From: Candidatus Altiarchaeota archaeon
GTDB lineage: Archaea; Altiarchaeota; Altiarchaeia; IMC4; SCGC-AAA252-I15
Assembly: GCA_043800255.1 (NCBI GenBank)
Contig: JAZDNF010000009.1
Location: forward strand, 192,001-256,000
Direction: 5' to 3'
Length of the DNA stretch: 64,000 nucleotides
Shown: positions 28,778 through 38,560 of the stretch, piece by piece
Position numbering within the stretch: the first letter of the stretch is position 1
Layout: every line of letters begins with the position of its first letter
Position numbers and translations under genes: made by a program
Notes under the pieces: generated by a model
Told to the model about the DNA's origin: nothing
The model's database searches: none
What the model saw: the letters and a program-made list of their open reading frames with translations, nothing else

Positions 28778-30328
28778 CTATGCCGTCCGCCTGCGCTCGT
28801 AGGATGTGAATCTTGCCTTGGATGACAGTTCGTATTCTTTTTGTGCCGCCTTCCAGCTCTGCCGGTCGGATGCTGGTTTCGGCTTGTCCTTTGAGAGGCT
28901 CACGGTGTCGTATCTCCTTTGGAGGATGGTCTTAAGCTGCTCGTAGCCTTCTCGTATGTTCTCAAAGCCTTCGGCCTGCTGGATGCCCCAGGGCCTGAAG
29001 TTCTTCTCAAGGATGAGAGAGTCGAATTTTCCGGCCAGTTCAGAATGGCCGTGAGCTCCTGCGACGACGCCTCTCCTTGCGATGTCTATGATGTCTGCGG
29101 GAGTCAGCTTTATGTCAGCAGCTCTTGACGAGTATCTGGCGTACTCATGTTCTGATATCCTGCCGATATACTCTCTGAACTTCTTTTTGTCGCCGCTCAG
29201 CTCGAAACCTATCTTATCAGCAACCACTTCGTCCAGCACGGCCCAGACGCTGTCGACCGCCTGCCTCGCGTCGAAGCGCCCTGGACTCGGATAGGCGAAC
29301 ATCCTCTGCAGGTCTGTCGGGACGTCATTGATGGTGACGTCATCATAGCCTGCAAGATAGGGATGCTTCCCGAACTTCCCTTCCATCTTCTGTATCAGCC
29401 CGTAAGTGCTCACAACATGCGCCATCTCATGCGCGAATATCTCCTTAGGATACTGTGCCATGAACTGCGGCTGAACCTGCGTCAGCAGGCTCACATAGAG
29501 CGCTGGTTTCCCAGTCTCCGACATGAAATATAAGCCAGCCGACTCTTGGGGGTTGAACGATAGCTTCACCTGGGCTATCCTGAACTCCTCCCCTGTGATG
29601 CCCTTCATCTTTTTTTCTATTGGCGTCATGCTTTCCCTGATGCCTGACAGCAGGCTGCCAAGAAGCCGATCGTCGTAGCCGTTTACCTGCGCAGCAGTCC
29701 ACGCGTTCTCCAACTCAGGACTCCACTGTCCGCCAACGGCTTTCCTGAAATCGAAACCGCCCTTAGGCTGCCGGACAATTGATGTGACGTCCAATTCAGG
29801 GGCTTTGACGACTGATAACATCATTGGCCTGCCCTTTTCGCGGTCCGCGAAAAACCTTATCCCGTTGCCGTCCTTCCGGTAGAGAGTGAAACACCGGCCT
29901 GACCTGAAGTTGGGGCTTGAGTTGTCAGGCTCTATTATGTCGAAATCTGCTCTCGCGTCAGAGTACTCGCTTCTCAGCTTTTCTCTCAGCTTCGGATTAT
30001 GTTCTGTGACCTTGTCGACGATGCGCCATATCTCGCCAACGGAAGCCTCAGGCCTCTGAGCATGCTCCAGTTTGGCAGGTATCTCCATCACAGGCGGCGT
30101 CAGATCCCCGACCTCCTTTTTGAGCGTGAAATGGGAGTGAACTGCCATGGCGGCCAGCATGCCGAGGCTGAATATCCCAGCCCCGATCTCAGCCCGGTTG
30201 GTTTTGATAAAATCCCCGATGGACCTTCCCACACCCCCATAACCCTTCATGTATCTTTCAACGGCTTTCGGGTCGTTCCAATCGATTTTTGTGGAATCCG
30301 GTCTCTTGAGTCTCTCCTTCTGGCTCAT
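28778..30328 (-). CDS. orphan TM-anchored protein with HExxH zincin motif
   Basis: Hydrophobic segment near residues 48-65; FAHEMAH and a downstream LDEVVAD. Confidence 0.6.
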   Translation of the reverse strand: MSQKERLKRPDSTKIDWNDPKAVERYMKGYGGVGRSIGDFIKTNRAEIGAGIFSLGMLAAMAVHSHFTLKKEVGDLTPPVMEIPAKLEHAQRPEASVGEIWRIVDKVTEHNPKLREKLRSEYSDARADFDIIEPDNSSPNFRSGRCFTLYRKDGNGIRFFADREKGRPMMLSVVKAPELDVTSIVRQPKGGFDFRKAVGGQWSPELENAWTAAQVNGYDDRLLGSLLSGIRESMTPIEKKMKGITGEEFRIAQVKLSFNPQESAGLYFMSETGKPALYVSLLTQVQPQFMAQYPKEIFAHEMAHVVSTYGLIQKMEGKFGKHPYLAGYDDVTINDVPTDLQRMFAYPSPGRFDARQAVDSVWAVLDEVVADKIGFELSGDKKKFREYIGRISEHEYARYSSRAADIKLTPADIIDIARRGVVAGAHGHSELAGKFDSLILEKNFRPWGIQQAEGFENIREGYEQLKTILQRRYDTVSLSKDKPKPASDRQSWKAAQKEYELSSKARFTSYERRRTA

Positions 30329-30393
30329 CTTTGATAATAGGGAATCCTAAGGTAAAATAATGAGAACGCTGTTATAGTATTATAGGATTTCCG

Positions 30394-30783
30394 ATGAACC
30401 ATAGAGAGATAATTAATAGGGAACCGGCCAACGATGGCCTGCCCGGCCCAAAGCAGACGCTGACCTACGGGCAGCTGAAGAAACTCCCGCCGCAGGAAAT
30501 CCAGGATAGGATAGACGAGCAGGTGGTTAAGATAGGCACCGACGGCGCAGGATACATTGGAAACCGGCTCGCACCCCCTCTCGCATTATTAGTTCTGAAA
30601 AGGTTACACCACGATGATTTTGACAAGCTGGGAGGGGGAATCCGAAGAGAGGAGAGGGAGAAGTACGAAAGCAAACCTGAAACTTACTGGAGAGTAAAAG
30701 GTACTGAAGAAATCGAAGAACACATTCATGGCTGGGTCAAAGACAAGCTTAAGATAACCGACGAGACCGTGGTCTCACTCTGA
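30394..30783 (+). CDS. hypothetical protein
   Basis: 129-aa ORF filling the gap between genes, TATA-like sequence upstream. Confidence 0.55.
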   Translation: MNHREIINREPANDGLPGPKQTLTYGQLKKLPPQEIQDRIDEQVVKIGTDGAGYIGNRLAPPLALLVLKRLHHDDFDKLGGGIRREEREKYESKPETYWRVKGTEEIEEHIHGWVKDKLKITDETVVSL

Positions 30784-32268
30784 TGTGAACTCTACTGCTG
30801 TGAACACCGGACCCTTCAAGGATATTGTCTTGTTTTTGGACTCTATGAAGCGCCTAGCCTGCTCTCCCACGTTGACGTTAACGTCCGCAGACCCCTTCGC
30901 CATCTTAACCTGATAGAAGCCTTCCCTCTCGCCAGCTTTCACAGCCTCCTCAACCATAGAGGCGAAATAATTCGAAATCGCGTCCAGGAACGTGAAATCC
31001 AATTTCAATCCCTTCTCTTTCACTACGGCGACGTTCTTCTTCAGCTTGGACACATCATCAGGCAGGCCGTAGACTCCGCCATCGTGGACGTATACCTGGT
31101 TCAAAGCCGCAGGTCCCAGGAGTCGGGTGTTATCCTCCTTCTCGACCACATTCACCCTTATCTTTTTCCCGAGGAAGCTGCCCTCGAATGCCGTGTAAGA
31201 GCACGGCGAATTCGCATTAGCGTGTTCTGAGGCAATCTGCCTTATTTTTTCGGCAAGCTTTTTCCCTTCAACGGTTACAGGCATCCTGTCGATAGTAATC
31301 TGCTCTGCGATTTCCTTGTCAGACAGCTCAAGAGCCTGATAGAATTGGGGGTAGAGTAACTCCCGCACGTCCTTCAGATTGTTTTTTACCATGAGTATCC
31401 TCTCCAACCCGAAACCGAGGTTGAACACGTCATAGTCTATGCCATACTTTTTGAGGGACTCCCTGTTGTAGAGGCCTATGTCTGCAACTTCTATGCTCCC
31501 AGAGTAGACCTCATATTCCGTGCCAGGCGCATAATAGTTGGAGGTGGCCTTCTTCTGCACGAACCTGACGTCGCCGAATTCCAGTTTGTTGAGAATCTCC
31601 TCGGTGATTTTCTTGCCCTCCTCAAGGTCAAATTTTCGGTCCACGATGACCATGCTCCCCCCATAGTGTGCCCTCAGGTGGGTGGCGTCCACCTTCTGCT
31701 CCCGCCTGAACCGCAGGCCGATTGAGAACAACTTCATAGGCAGGTTCCGCGAGCCCCTCAAAGCGGCAATAGTGGGGAACCACGCGCCAGTCATGTGACT
31801 CCTCAAAGTCATCTTCTCAGGGACAGGCTTCAGGCTCCTGAACTCAGGGAACAGGTCTATAATCTTCGCAGCCTCGTCTGTCTTGATTTTCAGGCGGCCG
31901 ACCATCGTCTCTAATAGGTTATCGCCTTCGACGGCGCCCTCCCGGTACTCCCTCAGGATTTGCTTAAGGGTTTCTACGTCAATGGATGCGCTCACCTTCC
32001 TCAAATCCGAAATCTTGTCCTGGCTGAGCCCAATGTCAGGCCTTGGCAACCCTGCCAGATAGTAGACTCTGTCCAGTATCACAGGAGCCTCGGAACCGTA
32101 CTGCTTGTAGACGTCATCCTCCGGCAGGAACACGGGATTCTCGACCTCATCGAAGCCCAGGCCGACGAAGACCTCCCTCACCTTCTGCACAAGGTCGTGT
32201 ATAGGGTGAGTGCTGCCCTTAGAGCCATTAACCTTCTCCCGGCCTCCGGAAACGCTCTTTGCAGCCAT
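30775..32268 (-). CDS. sepS: O-phosphoseryl-tRNA(Cys) synthetase
   Basis: YLAGLPRPDIG, TLRSHMT, FRREQ, NLGFGLER and LLGPAALN. Confidence 0.94.
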   Translation of the reverse strand: MAAKSVSGGREKVNGSKGSTHPIHDLVQKVREVFVGLGFDEVENPVFLPEDDVYKQYGSEAPVILDRVYYLAGLPRPDIGLSQDKISDLRKVSASIDVETLKQILREYREGAVEGDNLLETMVGRLKIKTDEAAKIIDLFPEFRSLKPVPEKMTLRSHMTGAWFPTIAALRGSRNLPMKLFSIGLRFRREQKVDATHLRAHYGGSMVIVDRKFDLEEGKKITEEILNKLEFGDVRFVQKKATSNYYAPGTEYEVYSGSIEVADIGLYNRESLKKYGIDYDVFNLGFGLERILMVKNNLKDVRELLYPQFYQALELSDKEIAEQITIDRMPVTVEGKKLAEKIRQIASEHANANSPCSYTAFEGSFLGKKIRVNVVEKEDNTRLLGPAALNQVYVHDGGVYGLPDDVSKLKKNVAVVKEKGLKLDFTFLDAISNYFASMVEEAVKAGEREGFYQVKMAKGSADVNVNVGEQARRFIESKNKTISLKGPVFTAVEFTSE

Positions 32269-32310
32269 GACTAATAGTATATAATTTCTGACTCCTTAAA
32301 TTAAGTACCC

Positions 32311-33525
32311 ATGAACGTGGAAAAGCAGAATGACAAGAGGCCGGAGGCTAACATACCGCTGAGGCAGGTAAGCAAGGACAAGAAATTGATAAGGTACATG
32401 TCAGCAGATGCTTTTTTCGCGCCGGAGAGCTCCTTCAAAGCCGGGGAATACTGTGTTGACAACTGCGTAATGGTCGCCCCCTACGCCAAAATCAGGGGAG
32501 GCATCGTGGATATCGGAGACTACAGCAACATACAGGACCACGTCATCGTCGGCTCGGACAGCACAGAGACTGCTGTGATAGGGAAGAACGTCTCGCTTGC
32601 ACATCAGGCCAAGATCCTAGGAACGCACATACACATAGGAGACGGGACGCTCATAGACATGAAGGCCGAACTCGACGAGGCAACGGTCGGCAACAATTGC
32701 GTCATAGAGCCGGGGGCGGTTCTCAGGGGAGTATACATCGAGGACGGGATGTACGTGAAAGCCAAGACCAATATTGACGGCGACATGGGTCTCAGAGATG
32801 CTATCAGGAAAGGACTGGCAGGGTTCATCAGAGACGAGCCAGACTACCCCTACAAGAACCTGAACGCGCGCGTAGTCCACGTCAACAAGGAACTGGCGAG
32901 AGGATACAACAGACTGAAAGAGGAGGGAGCTGACCTCTCGACGCCCGTGCTCCAGAACCCTAAAGTAGGATGGACCACGCACAGGGTGAGCATGCCAGTG
33001 GCGAAGGCGGTCGCTGAACGTGGAGTGAAGATAATAGGGCCTGCCATGCTGGAAGGCGATGTCGAGTTCGGAGAAGGCTCTGTCATCAGGGTTGACGAGG
33101 GAGGGATAGAGGAGGGCACGCCCATATCGATAGGAGACGGGACTGTAACAGGCAGGAACTTTGTGGCTCATGCGCTGGAGACAAGCAAAAAAGGCAATCT
33201 TATCGAGAAGAACACAGTCGAAGTGGGCGGCAGGAGATACTCCATATTCATCGGCGAGGACGTTACAATGAGGGATGACGTCCAAATCCATGGGCCGGCC
33301 GCCGTCTTATACGGATGCGAGTTAGGGCATAACGTCCTCATCTTCAAAGGCTTCCTGGAGGAGGGCGTCAGAGTCGGCAGGGACTCATTGATCATGGCAA
33401 GGGTCGGAAAGAACAGCGTCATAGGTGATGACGTTTTTGTCGGAGTTGATGTCCCCCTCGCCACCAAAATACCTTCAGGAGCCAGGATAAGAACAGTTAA
33501 GGACTTGGAAAAACTCAGAGGCTGA
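32311..33525 (+). CDS. tandem (two-domain) gamma-class carbonic anhydrase-like LbH protein
   Basis: Hexapeptide repeats; Cam motifs SNIQD, SLAHQ and VNKELARGY in domain 1; IRVDEG, HALET and IHGPAAV in domain 2. Confidence 0.85.
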   Translation: MNVEKQNDKRPEANIPLRQVSKDKKLIRYMSADAFFAPESSFKAGEYCVDNCVMVAPYAKIRGGIVDIGDYSNIQDHVIVGSDSTETAVIGKNVSLAHQAKILGTHIHIGDGTLIDMKAELDEATVGNNCVIEPGAVLRGVYIEDGMYVKAKTNIDGDMGLRDAIRKGLAGFIRDEPDYPYKNLNARVVHVNKELARGYNRLKEEGADLSTPVLQNPKVGWTTHRVSMPVAKAVAERGVKIIGPAMLEGDVEFGEGSVIRVDEGGIEEGTPISIGDGTVTGRNFVAHALETSKKGNLIEKNTVEVGGRRYSIFIGEDVTMRDDVQIHGPAAVLYGCELGHNVLIFKGFLEEGVRVGRDSLIMARVGKNSVIGDDVFVGVDVPLATKIPSGARIRTVKDLEKLRG

Positions 33526-34675
33526 GCTTCTTGTCGCACATGGGCGTCAGCGTCCTGACAAGCTCGTCCGCCTCCTTCTTCTCCGTTGCGAGTATGACGC
33601 CTCCCATGTTGTCAAGCCTCATCTTGTTTATCATGAAATGTATGAACTCCTTGACCGATTTGTCGTTGTTGTATATCAGAAGGCTTGACACGGAATCCAG
33701 GAGCACGAACTTCGGCGGCGGCATCCTCACCAGGACCTTGTCGGCGTACATGCCTATCTCCTCCAGGGACGAGGGATTCTCGACGAAGACCGTGTTCCCC
33801 TCCTTGGATGCTGACTTGCCTGCCATGTGGGATATGCAGTCGATGAAGACGATATTGTCAGTGGGGATGCCGTTGTTTTTCATGATCTTCGATATCTGCT
33901 CGAACGGGCTGCTCAGGCTGATGTAGATTCCGTTCTCCTTCCGGTCAACCAGCAGTATCTTGAGCAGCGCAGGTATTACCGTGCTCATATCATCCGACTT
34001 CGAGGACACGAGGACTATGGACTCGTTGGGTAGGCCGCTGAAGCCGGCTGAGACGTTCTCATACATCATCTGAGCCGACTCAGTTACGGTTGCCTCGCCC
34101 TCAACCGGAGCTCCGACAGACTGTTCAGCGCCGGTTTTCGTCATCTCGGTCCTCAAGCTCTCAACCGTCTGGATGAACTTTGTCACATCCGAAGTCAGGG
34201 GAGTGGATATCTTGATGGGGCTCTTGTCCCTGAGGGTTATCTTGAGCACTCCCTTGGTGGACTGTATGAACTTAAGGAGGTTCTGCAAGCCGTAGCCGAC
34301 CACGACCAGGATGGCTAAAAGCACTATCTCGTCAAAGGGCGGGCTGGGAAGCTCAGGCAGGTAGTTTCCTGCGAAATTCTTCAGTATGTCCACGAGGACG
34401 GTCTTGCCTGCAAGAGGCGACAGCGTGTAAAGGTAGCCGGCAATGGCTATGAATATCACCCCCCGTATGAAACGGTTCCAGTTGTAGGGAGTGTAATGTC
34501 CGAGAGAGAATATGTCAGAGTATCTGACCTCCGAGAACGATTTGGGAAACTTTTTCAGGCAGATGAGCCTCTTGTTTGTCGCGGCGATGTCATAGCCGCT
34601 GAATGAGAACTCAGATATGATGCGCTCCCCCTTTGACAGGAAATCGCTCCACTTTCCCTTTGCGTTTCCGTTCAT
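33515..34675 (-). CDS. membrane protein with C-terminal inactive KaiC/RecA-like domain
   Basis: Two TM segments; GIYISL, FIDCIS, NPSSL and LDSVSSLLIYN, but no Walker A. Confidence 0.75.
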   Translation of the reverse strand: MNGNAKGKWSDFLSKGERIISEFSFSGYDIAATNKRLICLKKFPKSFSEVRYSDIFSLGHYTPYNWNRFIRGVIFIAIAGYLYTLSPLAGKTVLVDILKNFAGNYLPELPSPPFDEIVLLAILVVVGYGLQNLLKFIQSTKGVLKITLRDKSPIKISTPLTSDVTKFIQTVESLRTEMTKTGAEQSVGAPVEGEATVTESAQMMYENVSAGFSGLPNESIVLVSSKSDDMSTVIPALLKILLVDRKENGIYISLSSPFEQISKIMKNNGIPTDNIVFIDCISHMAGKSASKEGNTVFVENPSSLEEIGMYADKVLVRMPPPKFVLLDSVSSLLIYNNDKSVKEFIHFMINKMRLDNMGGVILATEKKEADELVRTLTPMCDKKLSL

Positions 34676-34681
34676 CTTTAC

Positions 34682-35395
34682 CTATTCCACCCCGGCCTTA
34701 AAGAAAGGTATGAGGTTTATCCCATCAGAGGTTATCTTCATGATGTGCTTGTTCCTCGAATGGTTGAGGCCTCTCATCTTGATGACCTGGAACGACCTTA
34801 TCAGGTCTCCCTTGCGCTCGAACTCCGAGAGGAAGAAGAGGCCGTCGGCGATGAACTCCTCAACCCCGAACACGGAGTACATGAACTTCTGGGGGGGTAT
34901 CTCCGAGATGATGAATATCGTGCAATCCAGGAGGGATAGCCTAATCCCGAGCTCGAAGATGAAGTCCCTTATCTTCTTGTCGTCTTTGATGGCCTGCGCG
35001 ATTGACGTGATAGAGTCCAACACCACCCTCTTCGAGGAGGTCTCCTCTACCATGGAGCATATCATCGTTATTATGCCGTTGACGTTCTGGAGCTCCAGGC
35101 CCTTCAGCCGTGAGTCCTCGTTTATGTCCAGAACCCGTATCTTGTTGGTGTCGACGAACTTCGGCTCATAGAACTTGAAGCCGCTGATGTTCTTGAGGAA
35201 CTTTTCCTTGGACTCTGAAAGCGAGATGTAGAGGCCGTTCTCGTTCTTCTTCGCACCCCTGAACAGGAATTCGGTGCCCAGTATCGTCTTCCCGGTCCCG
35301 CTGCTGCCGGAGATCATGACGATATGGCCGCGAGGGATTCCGCCCCCGAGAATAGCGTCCAGACCCTGTATGCCAGTTTCAACAAAATCAGCCAT
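34682..35395 (-). CDS. single-domain KaiC-like (RAD55) ATPase
   Basis: ETGIQGLD, GSSGTGKT, VVLDS and IKMRG. Confidence 0.9.
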   Translation of the reverse strand: MADFVETGIQGLDAILGGGIPRGHIVMISGSSGTGKTILGTEFLFRGAKKNENGLYISLSESKEKFLKNISGFKFYEPKFVDTNKIRVLDINEDSRLKGLELQNVNGIITMICSMVEETSSKRVVLDSITSIAQAIKDDKKIRDFIFELGIRLSLLDCTIFIISEIPPQKFMYSVFGVEEFIADGLFFLSEFERKGDLIRSFQVIKMRGLNHSRNKHIMKITSDGINLIPFFKAGVE

Positions 35396-35457
35396 GTTAG
35401 AGTACGGTTATACATCTGCTTCTACTTTTAAATATATTCCATAAGAATACTAGTATC

Positions 35458-36180
35458 ATGGAACTGGAATTCGGCGACAGAACTTTCGAGCCTAACACCC
35501 GGACGCTGAATGACATGCTTCCGGTGCTCTTGGACAGGATAAAACTGGGGAAATCGGAGGAAATCCTCTATTATATGTTCACCGACGTCAGCAGGAACGA
35601 GGCCGAGCACAGGAGGATGGTGGAAGCCAGCCTGAAGTATGACATAACCGTAATCCTCCCAAAGAACCTGGGGAGGGAGTACGTAAAGACCCTGGGGCAC
35701 TATCATCCGCAGATCCTAGGCACAGACCTGAGTTACCCTGAACTATATCAGGTGTTAGAAGGCGAAGCCCATTTCATACTACAGAGGCTTGAGAAGGGCA
35801 TAGTAGCCGACGCCGTTGCAGTTAAGGCATTGAGGGGGCAGTGCGTTCTGATTCCTCCGAACTACGGGCACGTCACAGTCAACCCCACAGGCCGCCAGAT
35901 CAGGATAGCTAACTGGGTCTTCAGGGACTTCGCATCGGTCTACAAGGATTACAAGGACAAACACGGCGCAGCCTACTATGAGCTGTCTGACGGAAAGTTC
36001 GTAGAGAACGAATCTTATACCAGACTGCCCAAGCTAAGGTTCTCGGAACCTGTTGACAAGAAGCTCTTAGGGCTGGGGAAGGACGATGACATGTACGTCC
36101 TCGTCGAAGACCTTAGAAGGCTGGAGTTCCTGAAGAAGCCTCAAGACTATGGGGAACTCTTCGAGAAGACGTTGAATTAG
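35458..36180 (+). CDS. cupin-type glucose-6-phosphate isomerase
   Basis: YDITV, KTLGHYH, ELYQVLEG and IPPNYGHVTVN. Confidence 0.88.
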   Translation: MELEFGDRTFEPNTRTLNDMLPVLLDRIKLGKSEEILYYMFTDVSRNEAEHRRMVEASLKYDITVILPKNLGREYVKTLGHYHPQILGTDLSYPELYQVLEGEAHFILQRLEKGIVADAVAVKALRGQCVLIPPNYGHVTVNPTGRQIRIANWVFRDFASVYKDYKDKHGAAYYELSDGKFVENESYTRLPKLRFSEPVDKKLLGLGKDDDMYVLVEDLRRLEFLKKPQDYGELFEKTLN

Positions 36181-36183
36181 AGA

Positions 36184-37593
36184 TCAGCCTTTGGTCACGC
36201 CCAGCGGCACGACCCTCGCAACCGCCTCAGATATGCCTGAAAGCTCGACGCTTTTCACGACCTCTGTGATGTCCTTATAGGCTTCGGGAACCTCTTCTGC
36301 TAGGACCTTCGGAGATGTCGCCCGTATTATCGTGCCCTTGGACTCCAGCATCCTCCTGATCTGGTCTCCTCTGAAGGAGTGCAGGGCCTTGGCTCTGGAC
36401 ATCACCCTGCCTGCACCGTGGCAGACGCTGCCAAATGTCTCCTTCATCGCCGTCTCGGTGCCGACCAGAACATATGATGCCCTTCCCATGTCGCCTGGCA
36501 CGATGACAGGCTGGCCCACGTCACGGTAGGACTTGGGTATCTCAGGCCTGCCGGCTGGGAAAGCCCGGGTCGCGCCCTTCCTGTGGACGCACACCTTTCC
36601 AAAACCATCATGCTCTTCGAATTTAGCGATATTGTGGCAGACATCGTATACGACGCTGACCTCGCAGCCCTTGAAAATTTTCTCCAGCGTCTCCCTAACC
36701 CACTGCGTTATAACCTGCCTGTTGGCGAATGCGTAATTGACGGCGCAGTACATTGCAGCCACATAATCCTTAGCCTCCTTGGACTTAAGGGGCGCGCAGG
36801 CGAGCTCGGCGTCAGGCAGCCGTATTCCATACTTTCTGGACGCCTCCAGCATGACCTTTATGTAATCGTCTGCCACCTGGTAACCGAGGCCTCTGCTCCC
36901 GCAGTGGACCATAAGCGTTATCTGACCCTCCGAGTCCAGACCGAACTTTTTTGCAACGTCTGGCTTGAGTATCTGGTCCACCCTCTGCACCTCGAGGAAA
37001 TGGTTCCCTGAGCCCAGGGTTCCGAGCTGGGGCTTGCCTCTCTGCCTCGCCCTCATGCTTACTTTGCTTATGTCAGCACCCTGGATGCAGCCGTTCTCCT
37101 CTATGTATTTGAGGTCTTCCTCGAGGCCGTGGCCTTCCTCCACAGCCCACTTCGCCCCGTAAGTGCACGCCCTCTCAAGGACCTTATCCTCCACCCTGAG
37201 CTTCGACTTCGAACCCAAACCGGAGGGGATGTTAGTGAACAGGCTCTCCACAAGCTCCTTCAGCCTGGGCTTGACGTCCTCATAGGTGAGGTTCGTCCTC
37301 AACAGCCTGACGCCGCAGTTGATGTCATAGCCGACTCCGCCGGGGCTTATTATCCCATCCTCAAGGCTGAACGCCGCCACCCCGCCGATTGGAAAACCGT
37401 AGCCGTAGTGGGCGTCGGGCATCGCCATGCTCGCCTCCAGTATGCCAGGCAATCGCCCGACGTTCGCAACCTGTTTGAACACGCCCTCCTCAATCTCGTT
37501 GAAAAGTTTTTCAGTGGCATAGACTCTGCCTGGGACGCTCATCCCCTCCTCCCTGAACTCCCACACGCCGGGCCTGACAGTTTTGGCTTTCAT
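36184..37593 (-). CDS. rtcB: RNA-splicing ligase RtcB
   Basis: PDAHYGYGFPIG, DINCG, GSGNHF, HN, HRKGAT and HGAGR. Confidence 0.96.
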   Translation of the reverse strand: MKAKTVRPGVWEFREEGMSVPGRVYATEKLFNEIEEGVFKQVANVGRLPGILEASMAMPDAHYGYGFPIGGVAAFSLEDGIISPGGVGYDINCGVRLLRTNLTYEDVKPRLKELVESLFTNIPSGLGSKSKLRVEDKVLERACTYGAKWAVEEGHGLEEDLKYIEENGCIQGADISKVSMRARQRGKPQLGTLGSGNHFLEVQRVDQILKPDVAKKFGLDSEGQITLMVHCGSRGLGYQVADDYIKVMLEASRKYGIRLPDAELACAPLKSKEAKDYVAAMYCAVNYAFANRQVITQWVRETLEKIFKGCEVSVVYDVCHNIAKFEEHDGFGKVCVHRKGATRAFPAGRPEIPKSYRDVGQPVIVPGDMGRASYVLVGTETAMKETFGSVCHGAGRVMSRAKALHSFRGDQIRRMLESKGTIIRATSPKVLAEEVPEAYKDITEVVKSVELSGISEAVARVVPLGVTKG

Positions 37594-38521
37594 CTAGTCT
37601 TTCCGCCCATTCTGCCAGGCTTCTCCAGTATGCCTGGCATCGTGGCAGAGTCGGGCCTCCCGGCCTTTTCACCCCAGTCGATTATCTCCTTGGCCGCGGC
37701 TGCAAACCATGAGGAATATTGTATTCTCATTTTGTCGTCTATGAATGTCTCTATCCTGTTGTTCACATTTCCGAGCTGTTTCTCGGTCAGTTCACCGGGA
37801 TCAAAGCCATTTTTTTCATGTTGCGCATATATCTCAAAAACTCAGACGCATGCTCATGAAAATTTTTACCATCAAAACCCTCTCTCTTAAAATTCCAACG
37901 GTAGTATACTGTTTTCTCAAGCTTTTCCTGCGAAGATTCAACTTGCATGTAGCTTTCTGGCATTCTCATTTCGTCGATTTTACAGGGCATTCCAAGCGCC
38001 TGCCTATCAGCCAGCATATGGACGACCTCTCCAGGCCTGTACAGCGGATTATTTCCTTGGGCATACTTCTCGTTTGTTGATATCAGAATCCGCATTCTAG
38101 TCTCCCTCTCCAACTTATCTCTTACAGACTCCGTTCCTCCGCCCAGATCCCTGTCTCTCGGTACCTGTTTGGCTAACAGGAGCTGGATATCGCCTCCAGC
38201 TTCTTTGAATTCAGACAACACTTTGAGTGCGCCAACGTATGCACGCCCTTTCATCAGCTCTTCCAGTGCTTTTTCTACCAGCTCCCTATCGCCTTCTTCT
38301 ATTCGTGGATTCATGCCAAGAACTTTCATGCTCAAAAGAGTTGGCACAAAGAAGCCGGATACGACTGCAATAGGCTCAATATGCCCTGTCACATTCCCCC
38401 GGGATTTATCATTAGCATCGACCAACCAGCTCTCTCTGTCGCGCAGCGTTTTCAGATTCCTCTCGAATCTCTGCCGCTCGGTCTCCTTTGGGACTGGCTT
38501 CCGTTCTTTCTCGATGTTCAT
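37590..38521 (-). CDS. orphan hypothetical protein, apparently split by a frameshift in an A7 run at 37810-37816
   Basis: ORF 38521-37787 continues in the -1 frame (NGFDPGELTEKQ...GGKTR*) to a TGA overlapping the rtcB ATG. Confidence 0.6.
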
Positions 38522-38560
38522 CTCAGGTATATATTCTTTCCATGCCGTGATTATTATATC

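Noticed and set aside
36184-37593. Intein in RtcB
   Set aside because: The 469-aa length and contiguous motifs leave no insertion
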